Source: Planctomycetia bacterium (GTDB lineage Bacteria > Planctomycetota > Planctomycetia > Pirellulales > Pirellulaceae). From it: a stretch of DNA of 64,000 bases. Each line of letters starts with the position of its first letter. The stretch's first letter is position 1. The position numbers and the translations under genes were made by a program. The DNA lies in assembly GCA_031367855.1 (NCBI GenBank), contig JANLQO010000454.1, positions 7,362 to 71,361 of the forward strand. The letters run 5' to 3'. The notes under the pieces are model-generated. The model did not search any database, had not been told where the DNA came from, and saw nothing but the letters and a program-made list of their open reading frames with translations. Positions 26,020 through 34,799 of the stretch are shown here, in pieces.

Positions 26020-27123
26020 TTAACCAAAGCTATAACCCAACTGCCGAACGTACTCGAGTGCGTCTTCGAGTTCGATTGTTTGCACACCGGGGACGCGGCC
26101 GCGTCGGTCGCATTGGCAGAGCAGCAGCAGTTCTTCGTAGCTCTCGTTTTCTTGAATGCGACGATGGGCTCGGGTGCCGATGGTGCCATCAAGGATCCTG
26201 TGAGCTTCCATGTGATGCTCGATTAGCCAAGCGGTCCGTGGGCTGATAAAGCCTTCGAGCGCTTCGAGGCCCGAACCGACGTGATCCTCTTTGTCGATCC
26301 CTTTGCCGATGTCGTGCAGCAGGGCAGCTAAGAGGAACTCTTCATCGTAGGGTAACTCGTCGCAGGCGAGGTCGAAGACTTGTAAGCTGTGGTAGAGCAC
26401 ATCACCTTCGGGGTGATACTTGGGCGATTGTTTTACATTTTCCAGCGGTAACATCAAACTCAAGAAGACTTGAAACCGGTCTGGCGTATCGTCCATTTCA
26501 CCCAGCGACTGCTCGACGTGCAAATCAGGATACTCTTCCGCCATGAATTCTTCGAGCTCAGCGATGCTGGCGCGTTCAATCGGCTTGCCAGTGATCGAAC
26601 TCTTGAAAACGTGATTGATCAGATTCGCAGAGTAAACGGTCAGCTCAACCGGAAAAGTGTCTTTCAAATGGATATGCGTAAAAACCCGTTCCACACCATC
26701 TTTGCGGACGCGTTTGTGTTCGACATCGTAGAACAACATTTGCTCATCCAGCGTAGCGGTGATGGCCTCCAGGCTGTCGGAGAAGACATGCAGGTCGATG
26801 TCGGATCCGCGGCGGACGTGACCGGTAAGAGTGCTGCCGATCAGTCGCGGTTTGAAGCGTTCTAGGAGGCGCATGACGCGCAGTGCGACCAAACGCATCT
26901 GCAACAGGTTGTCGGTTCGCGATTGGCCTTCGTGCAAGCGAGCTAGCGATTGAATTTCGTCGCGAATCTCGGCGTTGGAGGGAAGGTCGGCCGGTTTGAC
27001 CCAGCCTTTGCAGATATGCCGCGACGCCTTTTGTTTGGCGCGGTAATATTCCGATTCTTGGCGAAAGTACATCAAGCGGGCAGCCTCGAAAGTGATCTGC
27101 CGACGTAGTTTGCTTGGATTCAT
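26020..27123 (-). CDS. Pol-beta-type nucleotidyltransferase domain fused to an HD phosphohydrolase domain
   Basis: The NTase motif is LIGSTLTGHVRRGSDIDLHVF. The HD domain shows KYHPEGDVLYHSLQVFDL...LLAALLHDIGKG, a pattern like the HD domain of class-II CCA-adding enzymes. The start is placed at M22 (27123). Confidence 0.6.
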   Translation of the reverse strand: MNPSKLRRQITFEAARLMYFRQESEYYRAKQKASRHICKGWVKPADLPSNAEIRDEIQSLARLHEGQSRTDNLLQMRLVALRVMRLLERFKPRLIGSTLTGHVRRGSDIDLHVFSDSLEAITATLDEQMLFYDVEHKRVRKDGVERVFTHIHLKDTFPVELTVYSANLINHVFKSSITGKPIERASIAELEEFMAEEYPDLHVEQSLGEMDDTPDRFQVFLSLMLPLENVKQSPKYHPEGDVLYHSLQVFDLACDELPYDEEFLLAALLHDIGKGIDKEDHVGSGLEALEGFISPRTAWLIEHHMEAHRILDGTIGTRAHRRIQENESYEELLLLCQCDRRGRVPGVQTIELEDALEYVRQLGYSFG

Positions 27124-27320
27124 TGAAAGCGCCATAACCCAGGCGGCGCAAATGCGGGCTGCGTGAACTGAAAATTCCGAGAACACACTTTACAATACAC
27201 ACTGGCTTCGAATAAGTGAAGGCGGACCGCCACCGCTGCCAGGCCAATTCGAACGAAAATCAACCGTCGGGATCCGGATCTTTTCGGAATTCAAACACTG
27301 TTATTTGGGAGTCATCAGAA

Positions 27321-27815
27321 GTGTCAACTGCAACGAAAACTGGCCCTGTGCCTTACCGCAAGCTGCGATTCGATTCGATCGCTGACTTGAATCGCGAACT
27401 GGATCAGATCGCTGAACTCGACGCAACCGGGCGCCTACGAACGTCAGGAAACTGGACCGCTGGGCAGATCATGGCGCACTTGGCGGCCTGGATCGAATAT
27501 GGCTACGACGGCTACCCTCTCAAATCGCCGCCCTGGTTTATCCGATGGATCCTGCGGCTGCGGTTGCCAAAAATGTTGGCTTCCGGTATGCCACGCGGGG
27601 TCAAAATTCCTGGTATTCCAGGTGGCACGATCGGTGCAGATGATATGCCTACCGATCAAGGGATCGCTCGCTTGAGAAAGGCTTTTCAGCGATTAGAAAG
27701 GGGCGAACAAGCCGCTCATGACAGTCCTGCGTTCGGCAAAATGAGCCACGACGATCGCATTCGCTTGAACTTACGGCATGCCGAACTGCATCTTGGTTAT
27801 CTCAATGAGTCGTAG
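27321..27815 (+). CDS. DinB-superfamily / DUF1569-like protein
   Basis: The C-terminal RLNLRHAELHLGYL and internal MAHLAAWIEYG resemble DUF1569/DinB four-helix-bundle proteins. A GTG at 27321 preceded by GGGAG gives a family-typical 164 aa. Track ORF 27216..27815 has a basic, low-complexity extension. Confidence 0.45.
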   Translation: MSTATKTGPVPYRKLRFDSIADLNRELDQIAELDATGRLRTSGNWTAGQIMAHLAAWIEYGYDGYPLKSPPWFIRWILRLRLPKMLASGMPRGVKIPGIPGGTIGADDMPTDQGIARLRKAFQRLERGEQAAHDSPAFGKMSHDDRIRLNLRHAELHLGYLNES

Positions 27816-27818
27816 GTT

Positions 27819-28781
27819 TTATTGACCCAAAACGTAAGCAAAGATCAGCGGAGCGACTATCGTTGCATCGCTTTGGATCATGAACTTGGGACATTCGGCA
27901 GAGAGTTTGTTCCAAGTGATCTTTTCGTTGGGCACAGCACCTGAGTAACCGCCGTAACTGGTGACTGCGTCGCTGATTTGAGAGAAGTAGGCCCACAAAT
28001 TGGTTTCTTCTTCGAGGTCTTGGATCAGCATTGGCACCGCACAGATCGCAAAGTCACCTGCTATGCCGCCGCCTATCTGGAAGAAACCGATCGGTGACGC
28101 TTTGCTTTCGCGGCGATACCATTCAGTTAGCAATTGCAATTGCTCAGTACCGCTCCTAAGAGCTGCGTGCGTTTTTATGGTGCCGTCCATAACGCGAGCG
28201 GTGAACATGTTTCCCAGCGTGCTATCTTCCGACCCTGGTGAGACGATCGGTATCCCTTTTTGCTTAGCCGCGTATACCCAGCAGTCTTCGATGGGGATTT
28301 GGTAATGCTGTTTCAGGTCATCTTCTTCGAGCACTTGGTAGAAGTACTCGTAGGGGAATTTGCCTTCGCCCTTCTCAGCTTGTTCTACCCAGTACTTGGT
28401 CAAACGCTCTTGCATGTGCTTCATGACGGTTTCTGGGATACAGGTATCGGTAACTCGATTGAAACCTGAGTCACGTAGGTCGATTTCGTCTTGCGTGCTG
28501 AGCGCTCGCCAGTTCTTGATTACTTTGTATTCGTTGTGGGCGAAAAGGTTGAACAGGTCTTCTTCGAGGTTCGCCGCTGTACAGCTTATCGCGTGGACTT
28601 TTTCTTGGCGGATCATCTCCGCCAGCGAGACACCTAGCTGGGCTGTGCTCATCGCTCCAGCCAGCGAGACGAGCATCTTGCCGCCAGCCTCGACGAACTG
28701 CTTGTAGGCTCGAGCGGCGGCCAACGTTTCGCGAGCGTTGTAGTGTCGGTAGTGTTTTTCCATGAACGCGGTAACGCTCAT
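27819..28781 (-). CDS. Deoxyhypusine synthase-like protein (homospermidine-synthase-like)
   Basis: 320-aa ORF. The N-terminus (YNARETLAAARAYKQFVEAGGKMLVSLAGAMSTAQLG) and FFQIGGGIAGDF match the DHS family pattern. Confidence 0.7.
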   Translation of the reverse strand: MSVTAFMEKHYRHYNARETLAAARAYKQFVEAGGKMLVSLAGAMSTAQLGVSLAEMIRQEKVHAISCTAANLEEDLFNLFAHNEYKVIKNWRALSTQDEIDLRDSGFNRVTDTCIPETVMKHMQERLTKYWVEQAEKGEGKFPYEYFYQVLEEDDLKQHYQIPIEDCWVYAAKQKGIPIVSPGSEDSTLGNMFTARVMDGTIKTHAALRSGTEQLQLLTEWYRRESKASPIGFFQIGGGIAGDFAICAVPMLIQDLEEETNLWAYFSQISDAVTSYGGYSGAVPNEKITWNKLSAECPKFMIQSDATIVAPLIFAYVLGQ

Positions 28782-28798
28782 CGGGATCGCTCCTGGGG

Positions 28799-29911
28799 TT
28801 AGTCCAACGCCATGGGCATGACTACGTAGGCATAGCCGTCTTCAGTCGTCAACAGCGCCGGTTGTGTCCCTGAGACCACGTCCATTTTAAACTTGGAATC
28901 CGGTTCTAACACTTTCAAGAAATCGCTTACGAATCGATAATCCAGTTTCAATCGAATTGGTTCGCCGGTGTAATCTATCGGCAATTCAACGCGGCTTTGG
29001 CCTAAGTCCGCCGTCTTGGCGGTCAACAACAATGTTCCATCGCCAAACTCAAAGTCCAAACCTCGCGTCTCTTGGTCGGCAACAATCGCCGCTTGACGAA
29101 TCACGTTGAAGAATGGTCCTACCGACAAATCGATGGTCACCGATTCAGTTCGCGACGGTATCACCTGACGCCAGTTCGGATAACGCCCTTCTACCAAGCG
29201 TGAGTAGATAGTGCAGCGACTGGTTCTAAGCAGCACATCGTTTGGCCTCGCCGCTATGTGAACGACTTCTTCTTTGTCGCCGATCGAACGCTCCATCAGG
29301 CTCAGCGATCTGGTAGGTATGATAGTCGTGTTACCCGAAGTATGGTGTCCACCGACGCTTTTGCCTTTGCCAGTCATACGTGCTAAGCGGCGTCCGTCGG
29401 TACCTACCGCCAGAACTTCTTCTCCGTCCAATTCAAGTAGCACACCGCCTAGGGCGAAACGCGAACTGTCTGGGTCGGTTGCAAAGCTCGTTCGCTTGAC
29501 CATTTCCTTGAACAACCTTGCCGGTATCTCGTGATAGATTTCTTCCTCAAAGGCTATGACGCTGGGATATTCGCTGGGGTTGGCACTTGGCAGTTTGAAT
29601 TCCGAGTGCAGGCCTTTGATGATTGTAGCTGATTCATCGGCTTGAAAAAAAAGTTGATCGTCGCTACTCTCGCGCAGGATCATGCCTACCCGGCCTACGT
29701 GCAACAGGGCTTTACCTGGTGCTTGCACATCGACGCCATCCACGTCAATGCGGATGCCCGTTTCCATGTCGGTAGCCATCAAAGTAACGCGTTCTTCGGT
29801 GGCATCGATCTTGATGTTTTGCAGAATCTCTTTGGGACTGCGCGATTGGGCGACGCTCCCGGCCAACTGGAAAGCTCCCGCTAGTTTTTCACGATCGCAC
29901 GAGATTTTCAT
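28799..29911 (-). CDS. dnaN: DNA polymerase III beta sliding clamp
   Basis: The sequence MKISCDREKLAGAFQLAGSVAQSRSPKEILQNIKIDATEERVTLMATDMETGIR is a typical DnaN N-terminus, and the ~370-aa length fits. The start is placed at the ATG at 29911 (M9 of the track ORF). Confidence 0.9.
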   Translation of the reverse strand: MKISCDREKLAGAFQLAGSVAQSRSPKEILQNIKIDATEERVTLMATDMETGIRIDVDGVDVQAPGKALLHVGRVGMILRESSDDQLFFQADESATIIKGLHSEFKLPSANPSEYPSVIAFEEEIYHEIPARLFKEMVKRTSFATDPDSSRFALGGVLLELDGEEVLAVGTDGRRLARMTGKGKSVGGHHTSGNTTIIPTRSLSLMERSIGDKEEVVHIAARPNDVLLRTSRCTIYSRLVEGRYPNWRQVIPSRTESVTIDLSVGPFFNVIRQAAIVADQETRGLDFEFGDGTLLLTAKTADLGQSRVELPIDYTGEPIRLKLDYRFVSDFLKVLEPDSKFKMDVVSGTQPALLTTEDGYAYVVMPMALD

Positions 29912-29935
29912 AGTGATTGACACTCCGACAGACAC

Positions 29936-30585
29936 TTACGCAAATTTTTCTAAGTGGTTGTTGTACTACTTAAGCGAGCTTTGCAAAACCCGCCCCTGGC
30001 AACAAAACCAAAGTTTGATTTAAGCCACTGTTCTGGGTTTGTCTTCTTCACCTTAGTTATATCTATAGTAGTAGTAGGAAGCGTGTCGGCGGAAAGCGTT
30101 TTCCACAACCCAACGGACAGTTGTAATTGATGGCCAGTTATCGAGTTACGTGGACAAAGTAACAGGCTACTGACCGTGGAAAAAATGAGCAGTCTGTGTT
30201 GGTATTGGTAGGCTACGTGTTAGTTATTCGGGGTTTGTTGACATGCGACGCATTGGGATGAAATAGCGAGGCTTTTAGCCAACGATCGTGGACATTTGAT
30301 CAACAACTTGTTCACAGAGACAACTAGGTCTGATTGAACAGGCTTAAATCAAATTGGTGGACTGATGGAAGAAGAATATCCGACTCTAAAGCAACCTAGA
30401 GGCCGTCAACGCGACCAATAGGCTGGGACCAGCGGAATGGTCGCTTCAGCGAAGAAAAAGAAAAAATTCTTGAAGCGTGACCGAACGTGTCAAAAGGGTA
30501 GCGATTATTAAGTTTGTCGGGGGAGCACCCGTTCGGTAGAGCCCTATGGCAGGACTCGGGTACGATTCACTAGCGATCAGCGAAC
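29936..30585. other. Candidate chromosomal replication origin (DnaA-box-like cluster plus AT-rich tracts)
   Basis: This is a 650-bp non-coding stretch upstream of dnaN. Box-like sites are TTTTCCACA (30099-30107, +), TTGTCCACG (30149-30157, -), TTTTCCACG (30175-30183, -), ATGTCCACG (30287-30295, -) and TTGTTCACA (30308-30316, +). AT-rich tracts lie at 30053-30078 and 30451-30475. Confidence 0.5.
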
Positions 30586-30978
30586 ATGGAAAGGTCTTCG
30601 ATGTCGAAGTTTTACGTCGTCTGTGGTTCACAAAATCTGATTGTATCAGCGCCGTCGGCTAAACACGCGGCGTTACGCCTGTTGGACGAAGCGCTGGCAG
30701 CTCATCTGTGGATTTACGAAGACGCAGGGCTGGCGGAACAGGAACGCCACGACCACCTGGTACTGGAGGCGTTGATGCACCTAGGTACTACGGTCTTGAT
30801 AAGCGAACGGGGTTTAGGCAACAGCGAAGCTGGTAACTTTGGAGTTCCGGAGTTGCTAGCTGAGTGGCATAAATTGATGACTGGCATCAGCCGCTTGCTG
30901 GTCGTGGCGGGGCTCGATCCACGTAGAGTTTTACCCAAAGTCATTAGCAAAAAGCTGGGTCCAAAGAATCCGCGCTAA
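30586..30978 (+). CDS. Hypothetical protein (130 aa)
   Basis: ORF only, with no recognisable motif. It lies between dnaN and dnaA on the opposite strand. Confidence 0.35.
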   Translation: MERSSMSKFYVVCGSQNLIVSAPSAKHAALRLLDEALAAHLWIYEDAGLAEQERHDHLVLEALMHLGTTVLISERGLGNSEAGNFGVPELLAEWHKLMTGISRLLVVAGLDPRRVLPKVISKKLGPKNPR

Positions 30979-30995
30979 GCCATTCGACGGGCATT

Positions 30996-31511
30996 TCAAG
31001 CATTCCAGTAGTTGCGAGTCAGCATCAGAACAATGCTGGCGGCATCCAGAAAAGCGCACAGTCCAGCGGTCGATTTAGAGACCCAACCCGCAAGGGAGAC
31101 TGAGCAAAAAATGGCTAAAATAAGTGCTGCTGGAGCTAGAAAATACTGAACAATTCCAAAGGAACCCACCCACCATTGCAGATAAGTGTGTGAAGCGTGC
31201 AGGTTCTTCATCGACTCTAGGGATCGCTGTTCGGCGGCCGAATAAGGAGGGCCATGAGTGATCTCAGCAGTTTCGGCAGTACCATTTTCAAAAGCTTCGG
31301 CGGCGGCTGAATTTCTGCGGCGTTCATAGAAAACATGATCTAATCGTTCTAAGACTTCGTCTAATTCCGGGATGACCCAATCTCTCACAGCCGCTTCGTG
31401 CCGAGGTAGAAAATAACCGCTTTTGATGTTCAGGTACTCGATGCGGCCAGCTGTGCAAACGACGATGGCGGTTAGAAAAAGGCAAACGATTAAAAGCCAC
31501 TTAGTCTTCAT
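30996..31511 (-). CDS. Hypothetical membrane protein (171 aa)
   Basis: It has an N-terminal hydrophobic helix (WLLIVCLFLTAIVVCTAG) and two or three C-terminal helices (WWVGSFGIVQYFLAPAALILAIFCSV, LCAFLDAASIVLMLT). It ends 8 nt downstream of the dnaA stop on the same strand. Confidence 0.5.
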   Translation of the reverse strand: MKTKWLLIVCLFLTAIVVCTAGRIEYLNIKSGYFLPRHEAAVRDWVIPELDEVLERLDHVFYERRRNSAAAEAFENGTAETAEITHGPPYSAAEQRSLESMKNLHASHTYLQWWVGSFGIVQYFLAPAALILAIFCSVSLAGWVSKSTAGLCAFLDAASIVLMLTRNYWNA

Positions 31512-31519
31512 GTTCGCCT

Positions 31520-32614
31520 CTAAACAGTTGGAGTTTTCCTACACTGAAGCTCTATTTCGACATCGTTCTTCGCAGCCGCTAATTCAGAATCGGATTCTAA
31601 GAGTTTATCGATTTTCCTGCATGAGTGTAACACAGTCGAGTGGTCGCGACCTCCAAAATATTCGCCGATGTGCTGTAAACTGAGGGTTGTCATGCGCCGC
31701 GACAGCAAGATCGCAAGTGACCGAGCGCGAACAACTTTGGATTGTCGGGTCGAACCGCGCAGTTCATTGAGCTTAATGCCAAGTCGCCTACCCACGGCTT
31801 TGGCGATGGATGCAACGGTTGGAACAGTTCCGCTTGAAACTTGTTCAGCGATGCTGGCCAACACGTTTTTGTCGACAAATCCACTGATCTTTCGATGTTG
31901 GCTGGCCAAATTTACCAAGGCATCGAGATCGCGAGCGTTGAGCGGCGAAGCTTGTAGTCGAGCAAATAGGATCAATTCGGCGAGCGGCAATTCGGGATCG
32001 ATACGCTTTACAAGCAGTCGCAAGATTTCCTCAGCCGTTTTAGGACTTGGCGGATGCAACTCGATTGAGTAACCCGCGACTAAGCGACTGGTCAACGCTG
32101 GTAGTACTCCAGACTCAGGTGCCGGTAAGCGCGAGAGGCATATGATCACGGGTCGATTCTCAGCCGCTAACGCGTCGAGCGTTGAAATTAATTCTTCCTG
32201 CGCCGCACTTTTTGAAAATACAAACTCCAAATCGTCAATCACCAACAATTTGCAACGACGATGGCGGTTTCGAAAGTGTTCGACGTCATCGATCTCAATT
32301 GCAGCTGCGTAATCCCGACAAAATCCTTCGCCAGTTGTGAAGTGCAATGGCCGAGCGCTGGTCAATCGCGACCATTGCACCGCGAGCGTTACCGCTAAAC
32401 AGGATTTGCCGACACCCTTGTTGCCAAACAGCAAAACAGGCGACAACTTGGACAACTCACTGACTTGCGGTTCTGCAAAGAGATAGTTCAGTGAATGGTT
32501 TTCTGGACCAACACAAAAAGTAGGCAAAATCCAACCACGCTCGTCCGGTGTCGTCTGGAGACGACGAACCGAAGCGGGCTGTTCAAGCGTGATTAACGTA
32601 ATCGAAGTGGCCAC
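31520..32614 (-). CDS. dnaA: DnaA-family replication initiator homolog lacking domains I-II
   Basis: The AAA+ domain shows FCVGPENHSLNY, Walker A LLFGNKGVGKS and Walker B LLVIDDLEF. The domain-IV DNA-binding signature is VVRARSLAILLSRRMTTLSLQHIGEYFGGRDHSTVLHSCRKI. It is only 364 aa, with the Walker A lysine at residue 70. Confidence 0.75.
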   Translation of the reverse strand: MATSITLITLEQPASVRRLQTTPDERGWILPTFCVGPENHSLNYLFAEPQVSELSKLSPVLLFGNKGVGKSCLAVTLAVQWSRLTSARPLHFTTGEGFCRDYAAAIEIDDVEHFRNRHRRCKLLVIDDLEFVFSKSAAQEELISTLDALAAENRPVIICLSRLPAPESGVLPALTSRLVAGYSIELHPPSPKTAEEILRLLVKRIDPELPLAELILFARLQASPLNARDLDALVNLASQHRKISGFVDKNVLASIAEQVSSGTVPTVASIAKAVGRRLGIKLNELRGSTRQSKVVRARSLAILLSRRMTTLSLQHIGEYFGGRDHSTVLHSCRKIDKLLESDSELAAAKNDVEIELQCRKTPTV

Positions 32615-32767
32615 AGACGGCGATCTTGATTGAATGAGCCAACGTCCAAAAATCCGAATTGAAAAAACGAAGTCGAAAATCCATTCTAATGTCCCGGCTC
32701 GAGCGGCGTGACCGAAAAAACAGCGACAATCGCGCGAAACCGATAGTTGTTACGTCATATTCGACTA

Positions 32768-33955
32768 CTAGCCACGCAGCTTGCGGACAGTACGGACCAC
32801 ACGCCGGACCCCTTCGTCTAGTTCGTCGTCCGTAGTCATTCGGGAGAAACTGAATCGTACCGCAGAACGCACTGTTTCTTTCGGCAACTGCATTGCTTGA
32901 AGTACATGTGATGGCCGGCCGCTGCCGCTGGCGCAGGCGGAACCGGTGCTACAGGCGATTCCCGCCATGTCCAAAGCCATCAAAAGAGCTTGGCGGTCGA
33001 CACCGTGGAAAGCGATATTGGACGTATGGGGTAAGCGAGCCGCGTGCCGCGAAACAACTTCGATGTTCGGCAGTTGCTCCTCTAAAGACAGTTCAAAAAG
33101 GTCGCGAACGCGCGCCAGTCGCTCGTAATTGCCACTAGATTGGGCCTCCAATGTCCGCTTGAGTGCCAAAGCAAAACCGTCGGCCAAAACCACCGGCTCT
33201 GTACCAGGCCGGACCGCCAACTGTTGTCCGCCACCGAACAGCAATGGTTGAACACTCAAACCATGCCGTACGATCAGAGCCCCTACGCCCGCCGGACCAT
33301 GCAGCTTGTGGGCTGTGAGGGAAACGGCATCAACACCCGAATCTCGCATCGAAAACGGAATCTTGCCGACCGCTTGAACAATGTCGCTGTGAACGATGGC
33401 CCCAAAGCGATGGCAAATACGGCAAATAGCGGCTAGATCCTGCAATACACCGGTTTCGTTATTTCCTAGCATAATGCTAACTAGCCCAACCCGGTCGGCT
33501 TTGGCATCCGCGACCGTCAGCCATTCTTCAAGCATTTCCAGGTGAACTCGGCCTAAATTATCGACGGGCAGGATCTGAACACGTGGCGACCATTCGGCTG
33601 CTGCTTCTAGGACGCTCGGATGCTCGATGCCGCTGATGATTGTGTTCGTCAAGTTAGCGGCTGGCTGATAATCGTTTTCAAGTGATGAACGACAAAGCCC
33701 GGCAATTGCCAAGTTGTTCGCCTCTGTACCGCCGCTGGTAAGGATGACTTGAGCGGTTTCCATCCCCACTGCCGGGGCGTCAATCAGTTGCAACAAATCC
33801 GCTTTGGCTTGCTCAAGCACTTTCAAGGCAGTTCGCCCAGGACGATGTTGGCTAGCAGAATTTGCCAAATTAAGCGTGTACAACTCCTGCATCCTATGCA
33901 CAACCGCACGGTCGATTGCCGTTGTCGCATTATTGTCAAAATACAAAGTGTCCAC
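32768..33955 (-). CDS. Cysteine desulfurase (class V aminotransferase, NifS/IscS type)
   Basis: The PLP-lysine motif is SLTAHKLHGPAGVGALIV and the catalytic Cys loop is CSTGSACASG. The N-terminus is YFDNNATT. Confidence 0.85.
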   Translation of the reverse strand: MDTLYFDNNATTAIDRAVVHRMQELYTLNLANSASQHRPGRTALKVLEQAKADLLQLIDAPAVGMETAQVILTSGGTEANNLAIAGLCRSSLENDYQPAANLTNTIISGIEHPSVLEAAAEWSPRVQILPVDNLGRVHLEMLEEWLTVADAKADRVGLVSIMLGNNETGVLQDLAAICRICHRFGAIVHSDIVQAVGKIPFSMRDSGVDAVSLTAHKLHGPAGVGALIVRHGLSVQPLLFGGGQQLAVRPGTEPVVLADGFALALKRTLEAQSSGNYERLARVRDLFELSLEEQLPNIEVVSRHAARLPHTSNIAFHGVDRQALLMALDMAGIACSTGSACASGSGRPSHVLQAMQLPKETVRSAVRFSFSRMTTDDELDEGVRRVVRTVRKLRG

Positions 33956-33996
33956 CAGGTTCAGTCTCGGAAATTAAAAGTGCTCCGAATCAATGG

Positions 33997-34677
33997 CTAT
34001 TGGCTAATCGCGTATTTGCTGAGCGTCGTTTTTGCCAGCGACAACTCGTCCGCTTTCTCGTCGACTCGCAACTTCTCGGTATGCGCTTCCAAGATGGCAC
34101 GCATCTGTTCGTCAATCGTAGTTTTGAATTCTGCGTCAGTTAAATCGACCGTGGCTAACTCCATGATCTTGGGCAATTCATAATACAGTCCCAAATCAAC
34201 CAAGTCGCGCACTGCGGGCCACAAGATGTTAGCCTTAGCAGTATTCTCGGTACTCCACGTGGGCCATATTTGATCGACGGTAGAGTGATCGAAGTAGCTG
34301 TGCAGCACGTTGGCAGGCCCTTCGGTCAATACCGTACCACTTCGCAGGTTCACCAGATCCCATCGCGCAGGCGCACTGCTCGGTCCGCTGAAATAGGTAT
34401 TTGGGAACGCTGCCGTGCTAGTTATTGCAGTCGGTTGTTCGCGAAGAATGCCGGTCAATTGCCGACCGCTGAACGGATCGCGACGATACCAGAAAGTTCG
34501 TACAGTCCATGAACCGGTATCGAATTCTGAGCCTGTCACAACGGTCGCTTGCAGATAACCGAAAAACAAGGCGACGAAAACACCGGTGCCAACGAAGGCC
34601 AGCGGCAGGATAAATGGCCGGAATCGGGAAGCCCGCTTGGCCGGTGGTGGTGTGCTAGCTTTGGTTGAGGCAGACAT
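33997..34677 (-). CDS. Hypothetical N-terminally anchored protein (226 aa)
   Basis: One TM helix follows a basic N-terminus (RFRPFILPLAFVGTGVFVALFFGYL). There is no recognisable domain. Confidence 0.45.
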   Translation of the reverse strand: MSASTKASTPPPAKRASRFRPFILPLAFVGTGVFVALFFGYLQATVVTGSEFDTGSWTVRTFWYRRDPFSGRQLTGILREQPTAITSTAAFPNTYFSGPSSAPARWDLVNLRSGTVLTEGPANVLHSYFDHSTVDQIWPTWSTENTAKANILWPAVRDLVDLGLYYELPKIMELATVDLTDAEFKTTIDEQMRAILEAHTEKLRVDEKADELSLAKTTLSKYAISQ

Positions 34678-34799
34678 GTTGTAGGAAAATCGTTAGTGTC
34701 CCATCAGACTTAGCGTGCTATAAATGCATTCTCGCGCAGGATCTCGGCTCCAGCGCGCTGGCTGACGAACAAGGATGTTGGAGTATTTAGGAGCGAGTC

